A DNA stretch of 64,000 bases, from contig OX597834.1 in NCBI GenBank assembly GCA_951406725.2, positions 20,646,001-20,710,000 on the forward strand, given 5' to 3'. Shown here piece by piece: positions 25,814 to 39,675 of the stretch. Position numbers and translations under genes: made by a program. Source of the DNA: Octopus vulgaris. Taxonomy: Eukaryota. How positions within the stretch are numbered: the stretch's first letter is position 1; the number at the start of each line of letters is the position of its first letter. The notes below the pieces were generated by a model that was not told the origin of the DNA, did no database searches, and saw nothing but the letters and a program-made list of their open reading frames with translations.

Positions 25814-26286
25814 TAATCCTTTCTACTGTAGGTACAAAGTCTAAAATTTTAGGGGAGAGAGCTTGGGGATTACATCAAGTCCATGGCCCAGCTGGTGCTT
25901 ATTCTATTAAGGATGAATGGCATTGTGGACCTCAGCAGCCATTTCGCCCAACATGCTAATGATTCTGACAGCTCAGTACCTTCATCATCATCATCGTTTA
26001 ACGTCCGTTCTCCATGCTAGCATGGGTTGGACGGTTCGACCGGGGATCTGGGAAGCCAGAAGGCTGCACCAGGCTCTGGTCTTATCTGGCAATGTTTCTA
26101 CAGCTGGATGCCCTTCCTAACGCCAACCACTCCGTGAGTGTAGTGGGTGCTTTTTACGTGCCACCTGCACTGGTGCCAGGTGAGGCTGGCATCGGCCACG
26201 GTCGGATTGGTGCATTTTACGTGCCACCTGCACGGAAGCCAGTCGAGGCGGCACTGGCTTCGGCCACGATTCGGATGGTGCTTTTT
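25814..26286 (-). mobile_element. degenerate SINE B (25814-25981) followed by an RTE 3' end (25982-26286)
   Basis: AATCCTTTCTACT.. tail of B; (CAT)n and near identity to 55437-55730. Confidence 0.8.
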
Positions 26287-26501
26287 ATTATAATAATAAT
26301 AATTATTATTTTTAATGTTTATTCATTCCCATCTATTTGTGTACTTTTAATAGACTTTAAATATATTTTTTATTTTCTTTAATATCCTTCAATTTATGTA
26401 TTTTTGGTGTTGCTATGGTTTTTCTCTTTTTCTTTCTTTCTCCCAGGAATATATTTTTTGTTTAAAGAAAACAGGAAAAGTCTGTAACCTCTGCTTGAGA
26501 C

Positions 26502-26549
<48 letters not shown>

Positions 26550-27258
26550 ACACACACACACATATGCATATATATGTGTGAATGTTTTGTGTCATATTTA
26601 ATATTTGTCATTGATATTACTGTCAGTTGTTTTTATAGTAGTTCGGCTAATTAATTTCCTCATCTTGTGTCATTAATTTGCACCGAGATTTCAGTGTAAT
26701 TAAAGATGAGTGTCTCCACGGTCTGCTGAATTAAAACCTCGTTTCCTTGATAACCAAACTTTGTTACATCCTTCTAAATCAAAAAGTAACTTTCCGTGCA
26801 GAAAATTATTTTTAACAAAATAATTCCTTTTTTTTATTTTTATTTAAAAAATTTTTTTTTTTTTACTTGTTTCGGTCATTGCACTGTGGCCATGCTGGGG
26901 CACCACCTTGAATGATTTAGTTAAAGAAATCAGGACCAGTCTTTTTGAAGTCTTATACTCATTCCAATGATCTCTTTTTGTTAAACCACTTATGGGGATG
27001 TAAACTAAAACCTACTGTCAAGCAGTGGGAAAAACACAAGCACAAACACACACACATCAGGAGAAAAGCACTTGGCTACACTCAGTAGAGTGGTTGGCAT
27101 TAGAATGGACCTCCAGTTGTAGATGCCTTGGCTAAGTAGACACTGAAGCTTGGTGAGCCTCTCTTGTTTGCCACTACTTATCAGACCATCAAAATCCATG
27201 CCAGCATGGATAATGGACAATAAACAATGATAATGCTATATATATATAGATATATGTA

Positions 27259-27497
27259 GGGGCAAGTGTGGCTGTCTGATAAGAAGCTAGCTTCTCAACC
27301 ACGTGGTTCTGGGTTCAGTCCCACTGCATGGCAGCTTCGGCAAGTGTCTTCTATAGCCTCAGGCCAACCAAAGCCTTGTGAGTGGATTTGGTGGACAGAG
27401 ACTGAAAGAAGCCTGTCATATATATATATATGTGTGTGCGTGTGTGTGTGTATGTGTATGGATATATATAAATGTATACATAAATATAAATGTGGAG

Positions 27498-27528
<31 letters not shown>

Positions 27529-27549
27529 CATACATGTATATATAAATAT

Positions 27550-27602
<53 letters not shown>

Positions 27603-27843
27603 TATATGTGTGTGTGTGTGTGTGTGTATTTATGTATGTGTGGCTTTGTGTCTGTGTTTGTCCACTCCACAATCACTTGACAACCGACGTTGGTGTGTTC
27701 ATGTTCCCGTAACTTCGCAGTTCAGCAAAAGAACTGATAGAATAAATACTAAGTCCTGGGGCTGATTTCTTGGATGGAAACCATCTAAGGCTGTTCTTCA
27801 GCATGGCCGCAGTCAAATGACTGAAACATGTAAAAGAATAAAA
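27259..27843 (+). mobile_element. SINE family A with expanded internal microsatellite; opposite-strand A fragments at 26860-27055 and 27880-28045
   Basis: Head, CORE-like part and tail separated by about 220 bp of (TA)n/(TG)n. Confidence 0.8.
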
Positions 27844-28623
27844 GCACATATATATATTTATATATATCATCCACACACTCATATATATGAAGGGCTTCGT
27901 CACAGTTTTACCCTCTACCAAACTCACTCACAAGGCATCAGTTTGCTTGAGGTTGTAGTAAAAGAAACTTACTTTAAGGTGCCATGCTGCGGGATTGAAC
28001 CGAAAGCAACATGTTTGCAAAGCTAGCTTCTTAATCAAATAGCCATATTTGCCCCTATGATTTTTCTGACGTTTTCCTTTTTGTTTCTAAAAAAAAAAAA
28101 GCTAAATAATGAAAATAAATAAACAAATGTTAAAATAAAACAAAAAAGTAAAAGTACAGTCACATACGTTCGTTTGTTGTTGTTGTTATTGTTTTTATTT
28201 TTATTGGCCTCGCGACATCTCCAGTGGAGCAGATCCCAAGTCGGAGGCACCTCATGTTATCCAATGTCATCTTTTTTGAGACGGTAGGAAGTATCTTGAG
28301 GGTCTTTCAGTGCTGTTTCTAGCAATGCTGAACAATTAAATAAATCATATATAAACGTCTACTCTCTCTCTCTCTCTCTTTTCCCCCTTCACCTTCTACC
28401 TCCGCCCCCACTTATACCTTTCTCTCTTCAATAGTAATTGACTTTTAATTATTTGCATGTTGAGTAGAATGTTTTGGCACAGAGGAAAAATATACTAGTT
28501 TTACATTTATTTTATATTCATATCAGTTATTTTTACATTTTTTTATTATTATTTTCAAATATAATTACTTGTGAGGAAACTATTTACAGTGATTAATTGA
28601 ATAAAATACATCTTCGCAATTTC

Positions 28624-28674
<51 letters not shown>

Positions 28675-28759
28675 CACACACACACACACACACATATATG
28701 CAGTAGTACTTTGGTTTTCAAACAACTCTGATCATGAATAAATCATGCTTTATATATTT

Positions 28760-29000
<241 letters not shown>

Positions 29001-29196
29001 GTTAATCCAAGCAAGAAAGCACAAAAAAAGCGCAACAACGCAAGGACGTGGAACAAATATAATATTATTGGACGCGAAGGAAAGAAAGAGGGTTTAACAT
29101 TTCGAGCGGAGCTCTTCATCGGAAACATAGGAGAAGAAAAGATCCAGAGAAGGGAAGACAGAGGGAAAAAATCGCCAACGGTGCACACGCGGTCAC
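29001..29196 (-). mobile_element. Penelope-LTR-like short element (family H2) with hammerhead-like motif at 29092-29126
   Basis: Minus strand GTTT-CCGATGA-A-GAGC(TCC)GCTC-GAAA-TGT-T-AAAC; sits between TA runs. Confidence 0.65.
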
Positions 29197-29221
29197 ATTT
29201 CTGAAATGCACCTTATATATA

Positions 29222-29590
29222 TATAAGGTGCATTTCAGAAATTTTGAAACTTTGTCAGGAAAGACATTTATTAACCTTAAAAAAAATTACATAAGTAATT
29301 TCCTTCAAAATAGAATCCTCTGACTTCAGTGCTCTTGCTACAGAGTTCTAGCCACTATGTGAAAACCCCTTCAACTTGGGGATCAACCGAATGTCACAGG
29401 GATCTAAGTCTGGACTGTAGGGAGGGTGAGGCACAGTTTTGGTGCCCATCCTTGTCAAGTGGTTGGTTATGAGGATAAAATTGTGGGCTGATGCATTGTC
29501 CTGATGCTGGTGCTCTGGGCATTTGCAATGAAATCTCTTCCAGAATTTTCTCCAAAACTCCACATAGCCTTAGTTGACCATCTGGCGAGT
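29222..29590 (-). pseudogene. mariner transposase fragment with 3' terminal inverted repeat
   Basis: HQDNASAH....VPHPPYSPDLDPCD..LIPKLK is the mariner catalytic region (DNA..H, YSPDL); TA-bounded end TATAAGGTGCATTTCA. Confidence 0.85.
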
Positions 29591-29616
29591 CAGAACACAA
29601 TAGATGTAGATGCCCA

Positions 29617-29890
29617 GAGCAGCCTGCTCATGAAAGTAACTTGCAAGTGGCTGAGCATTCCACTGACATGCATACCTTTAATGTAGTTCTCAGGGAAATT
29701 CAGCGTGACACAAAATGGGAAAAGGTTGGACCTTTGAATTACAGGTTGAAGTCATTTTCACCGGCTGAGTGGACTGAAGCAATGAGAAGTAAATTGCCTT
29801 GCTCAAGGATACAATACATTACTGGGAATCGATCTCACAATCATACCACTATGAACCAAATACCCTAACCACTCAGCCATGTACCTTCAT
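29617..29890 (-). mobile_element. SINE with family D body and tail E1
   Basis: Homologous to 17130-17392. Confidence 0.75.
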
Positions 29891-29904
29891 ATCATATATA
29901 TATA

Positions 29905-30190
29905 TATATATAAAACTGAGCATGTGTGTCTGTCTGTCTGTATGTGTGCATCACTAAAACTCAAGAACTACCAAACCGATTTCATTCAAATTTTACACAT
30001 GCCTTACTTAGGGTCCATGTAGTGTCATGGGCAAAAAAAATTTTCTTGCCTAATGTGAGCCCGGAGCAATCTCTTATCTCTTACACTGTCTCAGTATTAT
30101 ATGTCAAAAGTGAAACAGTAACATCTCTATTGTAATGTGAGATACTTTCAGTTTTAATGATGAAACTATTAAAAGTGAAACTATTATCTC
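29905..30190 (+). mobile_element. non-autonomous Helitron/HINE-like 5' region
   Basis: (TA)n-AAAA..(GTCT)n..AAAACT..AACCGATTTCATTCAAATTT architecture resembles invertebrate Helitron-derived elements. Confidence 0.4.
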
Positions 30191-30222
30191 ACTTACATAT
30201 ATATACATACATAGATTCATAC

Positions 30223-30255
<33 letters not shown>

Positions 30256-30258
<3 letters not shown>

Positions 30259-30468
30259 GCCATAATAGATCGTTAGCCCCTACACGCATTTTTTTCTCTC
30301 CTTGTTTCTCTCCTTGTTTTTTTCTGTGTATCTTTCCGTCGAAGAGCGTAGGCTCGAAACTTAAAAGGCTTTTTCTATTTCTATTCCTGAGCACTATACT
30401 AATACATTTGTTTGTTTGTACTCCACCTGCCTTCATCTTTTGTTTATTTTCATAAACTTTCCCTTTAC
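30256..30468 (+). mobile_element. Penelope-LTR-like short element (family H1), hammerhead-like motif at 30331-30368
   Basis: TCTTT-CCGTCGA-A-GAGC(GTAG)GCTC-GAAA-CTT-A-AAAGG; homologous to 9017-9222; (TA)n on both sides. Confidence 0.65.
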
Positions 30469-31741
30469 ATATATATATATATATATATATGGAGAGAGAG
30501 AGAGAGACAAATGTGTGCATATGAAACATTTACATTAACACTTAAACTTATGACGTATATTTGAACTTAAAATTCAGTCAATAAAATGACCTGTCAGTGT
30601 TTCAACAACACTTTAGCAAAATATAATGAAAGGATAATAGCAGTTAATTGCTTTTGTTATGCATTTAAGCAGGGCAGACAAACACAGAGGGAGAGGCCTG
30701 AACAGAGAGAAAAAGAGAGATGGAGACACTTGGCCATTCATATCAATAGATTCATGCTGATAAAATATGACATACAACCGTCTCAACGAAGCAACACATT
30801 TCCTGTTTGAAAAGTAAATATTTTTCTGAAACAAGACTAAGCAAATGAATATATAAGTAATAATAAAAAAAAAAAGGAAAACAAAAAAAAGAAATATTGG
30901 TTGAACATCGAAAGTTCTTGATGCGAAAATCAAATGGAAATGGTGAAATAAATATACAAAAGAATATTTCGTCTGTCAAATCTTCCATTTCTTTCAGGGA
31001 ATATAAAAGAAATCCAATAATTTTAATGTGAGGTTAATGGATTTTATATTTGTATTTTTGTTTGTATTTTTTCGTTTTGTTTTCTTTGATCCTATATGAT
31101 TTTGATGTTTATAATTTCATGTTAAGGTATTAATTATGCAAATATGATATTTTCCCCATTTTTTCATACCGTTGTTATCATCATTATTATCATCATTATT
31201 ATTATCATCATCCTTATTTTCATTATCGTTATAATTGTTAATGTTGTACTCATTATTATTATCATTATCATTATCGTATTTATTAACATTGTTATCATCA
31301 TTATTATTATCATCACTATCATCCTCATCGTTATTATCATTCTTGTTTTAATTGAATAAGCAGTAATGTCAGAATTAATGAGCTTCTATTTAATTTCAAT
31401 TGATCTACGAGCTGTTGAAAAGAAAATGCTCGTTATCAAAATTGCTATAATTTGAGAAAAAACAAAACAAAAACAAAACATTAAAATGTTGAAAGTAAAA
31501 AGTAATCCAAAACAAAAAAAAAATCTCTCAAACTCATTCATGAATGAATACTCACACAACAACACACACATACACATTCACATACAGATGCATACACACA
31601 TATACATACATAACAGATTGAATTAGTTGTCTGGGATATATTGATATCATATCACAGCATTTCATATCACTTTATGTGACGATGTTCTTATCGCCATCAT
31701 CATTGTTGTTATCATCCTCCTCATCATCATCATTACCATCA

Positions 31742-31806
<65 letters not shown>

Positions 31807-32174
31807 GTTATCATTATTATTATTTCATTTCTCATAACTTGGTTTTCATATCAATATAATTTTCTTTCAACTTAATTCTATTATTAATCTATCAGCCACC
31901 TTTGCGCCGTAAGAGATGGTGCAATATTTCTGCTAGGAAGAATCTAGATCATGGAAGAACATTCCGGAACTCTGATCTTCACAATGAACCATAAAAAAAA
32001 CACATGGAGAAAGAAGATTCTTTCTTCTAAATTATTGTACCTGTTTAACACCTCATCAACTCTGAAAGGGCAAACCTATAATCACAATCTTTTCAACTAT
32101 GACCACCCTGTCATTTTGGGTTATCTGGGGTATGCTGTGTCCCATCGTTCAATGTTTTTGTTTATTTAAAGACA

Positions 32175-32402
32175 TTAACTTTTTAGCTTTCAGATTACTC
32201 CGTCAAACATAATCCTTGTTTATTCATGCTGCTTAGGATTAATCACCCAATATCTCATAGCTCTGAGATATTGATGATGTGATTGCTTATTTTTAGAATG
32301 ACATTATCAAATAAGCGTGAGAGACAAGATGTGGCCAGTTTGAATGTAAAACAAGTAGAATATGTTGGCTGCTTATATGGTGGGCTCACGTTAAAGTGTT
32401 AG
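32175..32402. mobile_element. TTAA-bounded MITE-like element, degenerate
   Basis: TTAACTTTTTAGCTTTCAGATTACTCCGTCAAA start mirrors 690-731; ends GTTAAAGTGTTA. Confidence 0.4.
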
Positions 32403-32759
32403 GGGTGTTAATTTGAGGGAAATTTAGTTGTTATTTCTTGCAAGTTGATACGTAGGCTGACTTGCTAACTGTATGTACGTGTGTATGTATGTTTAGAGAT
32501 TGCTTCCTAACCACATGGTTCTAGGTTCAGTCCCACCATATGTCAGCTTCTACTGTAGATAATAATGATAATGATGATAATAATAATAATAATAATAATA
32601 ATGATAATAATAATAATAATAATAATGGTGCAAGACTGGTGCTTCATATCATCAACCTTAGAGGGATGAAAGTCAAAGCTGATCACACCAGGATTTGAAA
32701 CTAGAACGGAAAGAACTATAACTAACACTCTGAGGCATTTTGTCTGATGGTTTAACAAT

Positions 32760-32992
32760 AAGGCGGCGAGCTGGCAGAAACGTTAGCACGCCGGGCGAAA
32801 TGCGTAGCCGTATTTCGTCTGCTGTTACATTCTGAGTTCAAATTCCGCCGAGGTTGACTTTGCCTTTTATCCTTTCGGGGTTGATTAAATAAGTACCAGT
32901 TATGCACTGGAGTCGATGTAATTGACTTAATCCGTTTGTCTGTCCTTGTTTGTCCCCTCTGTGTTTAGCCCCTTGTGGGTAGTAAAGAAATA
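32760..32992 (+). mobile_element. SINE family B (Meta-like), full length, tail ii, with 11-bp target-site duplication
   Basis: A-box-like TGGCAGAAACG, B-box-like GAGTTCAAATTCC, Meta-like core 32852-32899; GGTTTAACAAT at 32749-32759 and 32993-33003. Confidence 0.9.
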
Positions 32993-34043
32993 GGTTTAAC
33001 AATTCTGCTAACGCATTCTTTGACTGGCAACATGAACATGAAAAAAAAAACCCAAAATAATATATTTAAAAATTACAGTAAAACCCAGAAAAAATGGATA
33101 AATTCCTTATATTTATATGAAATTTTGCTGACATAAAAAAGAAACCCAAAACGAGTCAGCAAAATTTGAATCCTAAGAAAACATTGGAATAATTTGTTGT
33201 TTAGACCCAATTCATAGAATGAAATATTTATCTTAACGGATATCTTTTAGTAAGAGTAATTGTAAATATCTTAACAAGTGTCTCTCCCGAGGTTTGGCAG
33301 CAGTGTTAGGGGGTCCTCAAATGTTAAACCTTAAACCCTGTTTGTTTAATGTTATTTAGGGTAATTCGTGAAACCCAATATCAAATATTGAACCTGTTGG
33401 CTTCCCCACTGGCTCCAACTTGAAGGCATTCTCTCTCTCCCTCTCACACTCTCTCCCCCTCTCTCTCTACTTCTTCCCATCTCAACAACTCCCTCCTGTA
33501 TACCAATCTGACCAAAATATTATTATTTAATATTTGTTCATTCGATGTTGATGCTGCTGTTGTCGTTACAGGGCATATTTTATTTTCCCTGTGACAGTTC
33601 ACTTATTATTATTCAGAACAGAACGAGAAGTAGGCAGAGAGGAAAAAAAAAAGGGGGTGGGAGAGTGGTAGAAAAGGGGTCGAAAGAGAAAGAAAGGTGG
33701 AGGGAGAGACAGAGTGGGAGAAAGAATGCATCTGTGTAATAGAATACTTGAAGGTTTGGTAGGGGAGATTTCAATAAAAAAATAGAAGATTGCTCCATAT
33801 ATATACGTGTGTATATCCACACACACACACCCACATATATATACACACAGACTCACCAGTATTTATATGTGCATATATCTATATGTGTGTGTGTATGTGG
33901 GTTCAAGTTTCATGCATATGGGAAACCCTATTTTTTTCTGTCAAGGGCTTATATACCCCAGTATTAGACTTCTTACCTCAGTCAATGCACAGTGATCCCT
34001 TATAAGCTTTAAGCTTATGAAATATCATTATCATTATTAAAAT

Positions 34044-34084
<41 letters not shown>

Positions 34085-34221
34085 AGTGCCACATATTAGA
34101 GGAGGTTCTTCGTAATAATAGTGTAGCACAAAACGGCGGTGCATCAGCATGGCTGCAGCTCTGAGCTGAAATAAGCAAAAAAAAACCCAAAAAACAAATA
34201 TATATATATATACATATATAC

Positions 34222-34712
34222 TCAAAATAAGCAACAAGGATATCCAAGGTAGTGTAGTACAATCATTTCATGCTACTTCATTTTATTAAACACTGTAAGT
34301 ATTCCCCACTGATAGATCTAAATAACAAAGTGAACTCAGTGATAAAAAATCTACAGATGGGGAAGAACATACTACCACCATGTTCTTCATGATGAAATGA
34401 ATCTCTGTCTATATATATATACCCTCTTTGTAATGTTGGCAAATGAAATAAGTATAAAAATGTGCATTGTCTGTATAATTAAAAAATTCTATATGTGGCT
34501 GAAGATTGCTTGACATTTTAAAACTGACGTAATACTTACAGTGTTTAATAAAATGGAGTAGCATGAAACGATTGTACTACACAACCTTGGATATCCTTGT
34601 TGCTTATTTTGATTATAATCACCCCATTTGATTTATATGGATAATACCATACAAAATTCTGGTGCCTTTAACTTAAGTACCATATTCATCTGAATCTAAA
34701 TTTTGCCAAACT
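34222..34712. mobile_element. (TA)n-flanked Penelope-LTR-like element with 82-bp inverted arms (34222-34303 / 34531-34612)
   Basis: Arms differ at about 3 of 82 positions; decayed CTGAAGA..AAAAC..GTA at 34499-34531. Confidence 0.6.
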
Positions 34713-35206
34713 TATATATATATATATATATATATATATTTACATGAGTATATTGAAACCCATTCATACACATATACATTCTTAGTATATAAATAATGTG
34801 TGTGAGCATGTGTGTGTATGTGTGTATGCGATGCAAACACAATGCCCACACACTTGAATGTATGTTCATATATATGCATGAATGTGTGTGTATTATATAC
34901 ACACACACACACATATACACTCACTAACACACTCCGTCTCTCACTCTCTTTACATGACTACATCATAATGATCTGTCATACCTGAACATAATTAGTATAT
35001 AATTAACGATGATGATGAGGATGACTATGATGCTTCTCATCTCATAATCTTAGATTATTATTCCCATACTATTTTTCAACCAATTTTCTTTCAGACACTT
35101 TTTCTTCTTTCTTTCCTTTACTCTTCACCTTCAAATTAAATTGAAATCTAAAGCTGCTACTCTCTCCAAATCATTCTTATCTATATTTATATAGAATTCT
35201 ACCAGA

Positions 35207-35447
35207 CTCTCTTTACTCTTTTACTTGTTTCAGTCATTTGACTGTGGCCGTGCTGGAGCACCGCCTTTGGTCTAGCAAATCGACCCCAGGACTTATTCTT
35301 TGTAAGCTTAGCACTTATTCTATCAGTCTCTTTTGTCGAACCGCTAAGTTACGGGGACGTAAACACACCAACATCAAGGGATGTTGGGGTGACAAACACA
35401 GACACACAAACATACACACACACACATATATATATATATACATATAC
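35207..35447 (-). mobile_element. SINE family A, 3' half
   Basis: Truncated inside its internal (CA)n/(TA)n tract. Confidence 0.85.
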
Positions 35448-36382
35448 ACATCAAACAAATGATCCATTAGTTGGTGTCGATATTTAACCAGTTGATTAAT
35501 AATAAAGAAGTGATGTTGAACCAGTGCATGTATTATTATTGGCGTAATGACCCTCACAAAACACAATTAGAGATACTAGTTCTTCACCTGGAGCTAGTCT
35601 GGAATTTTGTAACAACTCTAACAGAGTGGAAGTGGAATATTTGCAGTCTTAATTAGGTTAATCACATTAATTATATTAATCAATTCAGTTAGTCCCACTG
35701 TCCACAATACTTTTGGGCTTTTATTTATTTATTTTTTTTCTTCTCTGAAGCGTAAACTGTATTGACTATTATTCTTGCTCAAAATTTTCCGCAGTGTTTG
35801 GGAATGAAGTTAAAAAGTTCGATAAATAAATAAATAAGCTGCTTAATAAATAAATAGTTAATAAATAAGTAGATAAAAAAAAACTGAAAAATAAATAGGT
35901 AAATAAATTTTAAAAAAAAGAAAGAAAGAAATATAAAAATAAGTAGATAAATTAACAGATTAATAGTTGATAAAATATATTGATAAATAAATAAAAAAAT
36001 TTCAAATAATTTTTCTTTAAATCTTAGTAAATGTGAACTATTTGCCTCCCGGTGCAGAATATTTAACTAGATTCGTTATTTTCATTAAAAGGTTTTTTTT
36101 TTTTTTTTAAATATATCTTTTATTTTCTTTTTGTGTTTTTTTATTACACAAAAAATGGTTTTCTATTTTTTTTTCATTATTGTTGTTGTTGTTGTTTTTC
36201 AGTGATATTCTGTTAAGCTACAAGATTTTATTGACAAAATATTGACTAAAACTACGTCTGATGGTTTTATTCACTTATTTATTATTCAGTCTTTTTTTTT
36301 TTTTCTCTTAGCTCATTTTTCAATGTGGATCAATAATTTCATTGCTATTGATCAAATAAAATGATATTCGTTGCCGCTATTG

Positions 36383-36820
<438 letters not shown>

Positions 36821-36949
36821 CTGGACAACTGTAGCAGAAAAATTGCATAAATCTGTCCGTGTGTCAACTCAGAGATAATGTTTGATGTTATTTCTCTGAT
36901 GAAAGGAGTTTCAACCTTTCTTGCCCCCTCATCATTTTACATTTTTGTA

Positions 36950-37566
36950 CATGGCTGTGCAATTAAGAAGCTCGCTTAGCAACCAAGGGAGTTGGGGTTC
37001 AGTGGCCTAAACCATTCCTATTGTGTGTGTGTATTTGTCTTTGTCCCCCTCACTGCATGAAAACTGGTGTTGGTTTGTTTACACCCCTGTATCTTCAGTT
37101 CAGTAAAAAGGAAGACCAATAGAATATGTATCAAATTTTAAAACAAAAATAGACACAGCAATTAATTTGTCCACTAAAGGCACAGGAGTGGCTGTGTGGT
37201 AAGTAGCTTGCTAACCAACCACCTGGTTCTGGCGTCAGTCCCACTGCGTGGCATCTTGGGCAAGTATCTTCTGCTATAGCCCCAGGCCAACCAGTGGATT
37301 TGGTAGGTGGAAACTGAAAGAAGCCTGTCGTATATATGTATATATATGTATGTATGTGTTTGTGTTTGTCACCCTAGCATTGCTTGACAACCGATGCTGG
37401 TGTGTTTACGTCCCCGTAACTTCGTGGTTCGGCAAAATGAGACCGACAGAATAAGTACTGGGCTTACAAAGAATAAGTCCCGGGGTCGATTTGCTCGACT
37501 AAAAGCAGTGCTCCAGCATGGCCGCAGTCAAATGACTGAAACATGTAAAAGAGTAAAAGAGAGAGT
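36950..37566 (+). mobile_element. old SINE A (36950-37178, tail resumes ~37570) with a younger full-length SINE A (37179-37566) nested in it
   Basis: Degenerate head and body before 37179; second CAGAATGGCCACAGTC tail segment after 37566. Confidence 0.8.
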
Positions 37567-38599
37567 AAGACAGTGCCCCAGAATGGCCACAGTCCAATTA
37601 CTGGAACCAGTGAAGGACAGACAATAAAAGACTTATACGTTCAATAGAAGATAATTATTTTAGATGTCTCACTGATGCTTCTTCTCCCAGTTTCCACATC
37701 TTACCTGTTCTCACCACACAGATGTTGTTTGTCACATTGCCTCACATCATACCTGATTGAACAGGTTTATGATCAAAAGCCTTCTCCCCATGACCATCCC
37801 ATCTTTTCCTTTTAGACACAATGTTTCCAGGTCTACATTATGCAACGTGACCTTTTCTGGGGTTTTTTTTATTAAAGACTGTAGGCTTTGACCTGAGGAA
37901 GTATTAGCTGCTGTTTCTAATTCGTTAAGCTATCATGTAAGAAGTTCCTTTTCCTGATGTGGATTTCTATTTTTCTACAGAAGGTTCTGGATGTCTCTGG
38001 TTGCATATCTATTGATCTATGCATGTGAGTAACAGAAATGCTGTTAGTTGTCATGCGACAGTGTTTTCACCATCATATAAATAGTGTAAGACTAACGCCT
38101 TCATTAATTCCATCCAACACGACCAACGCTCAATAAGCTGAGGTACCTCTGTTTTCTAACAGTTTGTTTGCTTGATTGATTGCTTTAGTTTCAGCATTTG
38201 TATCCCAGAAGCCTCTGCAACTAGAAAGTTCAAACACATTTTTTTTTTTGCTTCCCCAATTTTTTTCTATATTGAGTAAGCTGTTTGTTATCAAAAAAAA
38301 AAAACAGGATCTAAAGCAGCTACATGTTAAACACAATGCAGCAGAAATATATTGCCACATGTAATTACAAAACATAATAGATTCTTTCAAATGATGCAAG
38401 GCATAAGAATGGTTAGTAATACATATTCACACGCACACTTACATACATACATGCATACATACATATATACATACACACACATAGATGTATTATTACACAT
38501 GTATATTTATATCAAGATAATGTCTTTCAGCTTGATAGTGATGGGCATAACAATAATAATAATAATGATAATATTTTTTTAGTGTATAGTCAAATATCG

Positions 38600-38713
38600 A
38601 CCATATATATACTTGTGTGTGCATGTGTGTGTGTATATATGTGTGAATATATATATATACATACATACACACACAAACATATAAAGACACACACGCACAT
38701 ATATATGTTTGTG

Positions 38714-38760
<47 letters not shown>

Positions 38761-38775
38761 ATATAAATGCATACA

Positions 38776-38808
<33 letters not shown>

Positions 38809-38899
38809 ATATAAATGCATACATATATATATATATGTATATGTGCATGTATATATATTTACAAATACATACACATATATATATGTATGTGTATGTATA

Positions 38900-38932
<33 letters not shown>

Positions 38933-39123
38933 ATATAAATGCATACATATATATATATATGTATATGTGTATGTATATATATTTACAAATACATACACAT
39001 ATATATATGTATGTGTATGTATATATATATATAAATGCATATATATATGTATGTGTGTGTATATATATATATATGTATGTATATATATTTATATATGTAT
39101 GTATGTATATATATATATATATG

Positions 39124-39185
<62 letters not shown>
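38600..39185. repeat. compound (TA)/(TATG)/(CA) microsatellite with ~120-bp higher-order duplication
   Basis: ATTTACAAATACATACAC recurs at ~38857 and ~38981. Confidence 0.9.
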
Positions 39186-39324
39186 TGAAGAAGTGCATTT
39201 ATATTGAGACACACATGCGTGCCACATATGAACACAATAACTTTCAGATATTGGTGACTTTAATAACAGTTATCAGGGTAAAATATATTAAAATGCTGAC
39301 AGCAAATATAAAGGGAAATACATT

Positions 39325-39366
<42 letters not shown>

Positions 39367-39633
39367 CACACACACACACAAGCACAAATGGCTACGTAGT
39401 ATAAAGCAATGCCTTTGAAATGTCAGTGACTGTTATGGTAATAATTATTAGTTCCAATCGAAATATATTCATAATATATTGACAGAATATGTCAAGAAAT
39501 AAATTTACTCACAAAGCTACTAAAAAGACATATTCTCTCAGATAGTCCCAGCTTTAACAATTGCTAGTAATGTAAAATATATTAAAATAATAATAACATA
39601 TCCTGAGATGAACATATATTCATATACACATAT

Positions 39634-39674
<41 letters not shown>

Positions 39675-39675
39675 A

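Noticed and set aside
26419-26446. Strong-looking plus-strand acceptors here and at 3142, 36203, 50413
   Set aside because: No matching donor or open frame; expected by chance in T-rich DNA.
36896-36921. CTGATGA followed by hairpin AAAGG..CCTTT
   Set aside because: No GAAA or helix III after the hairpin.
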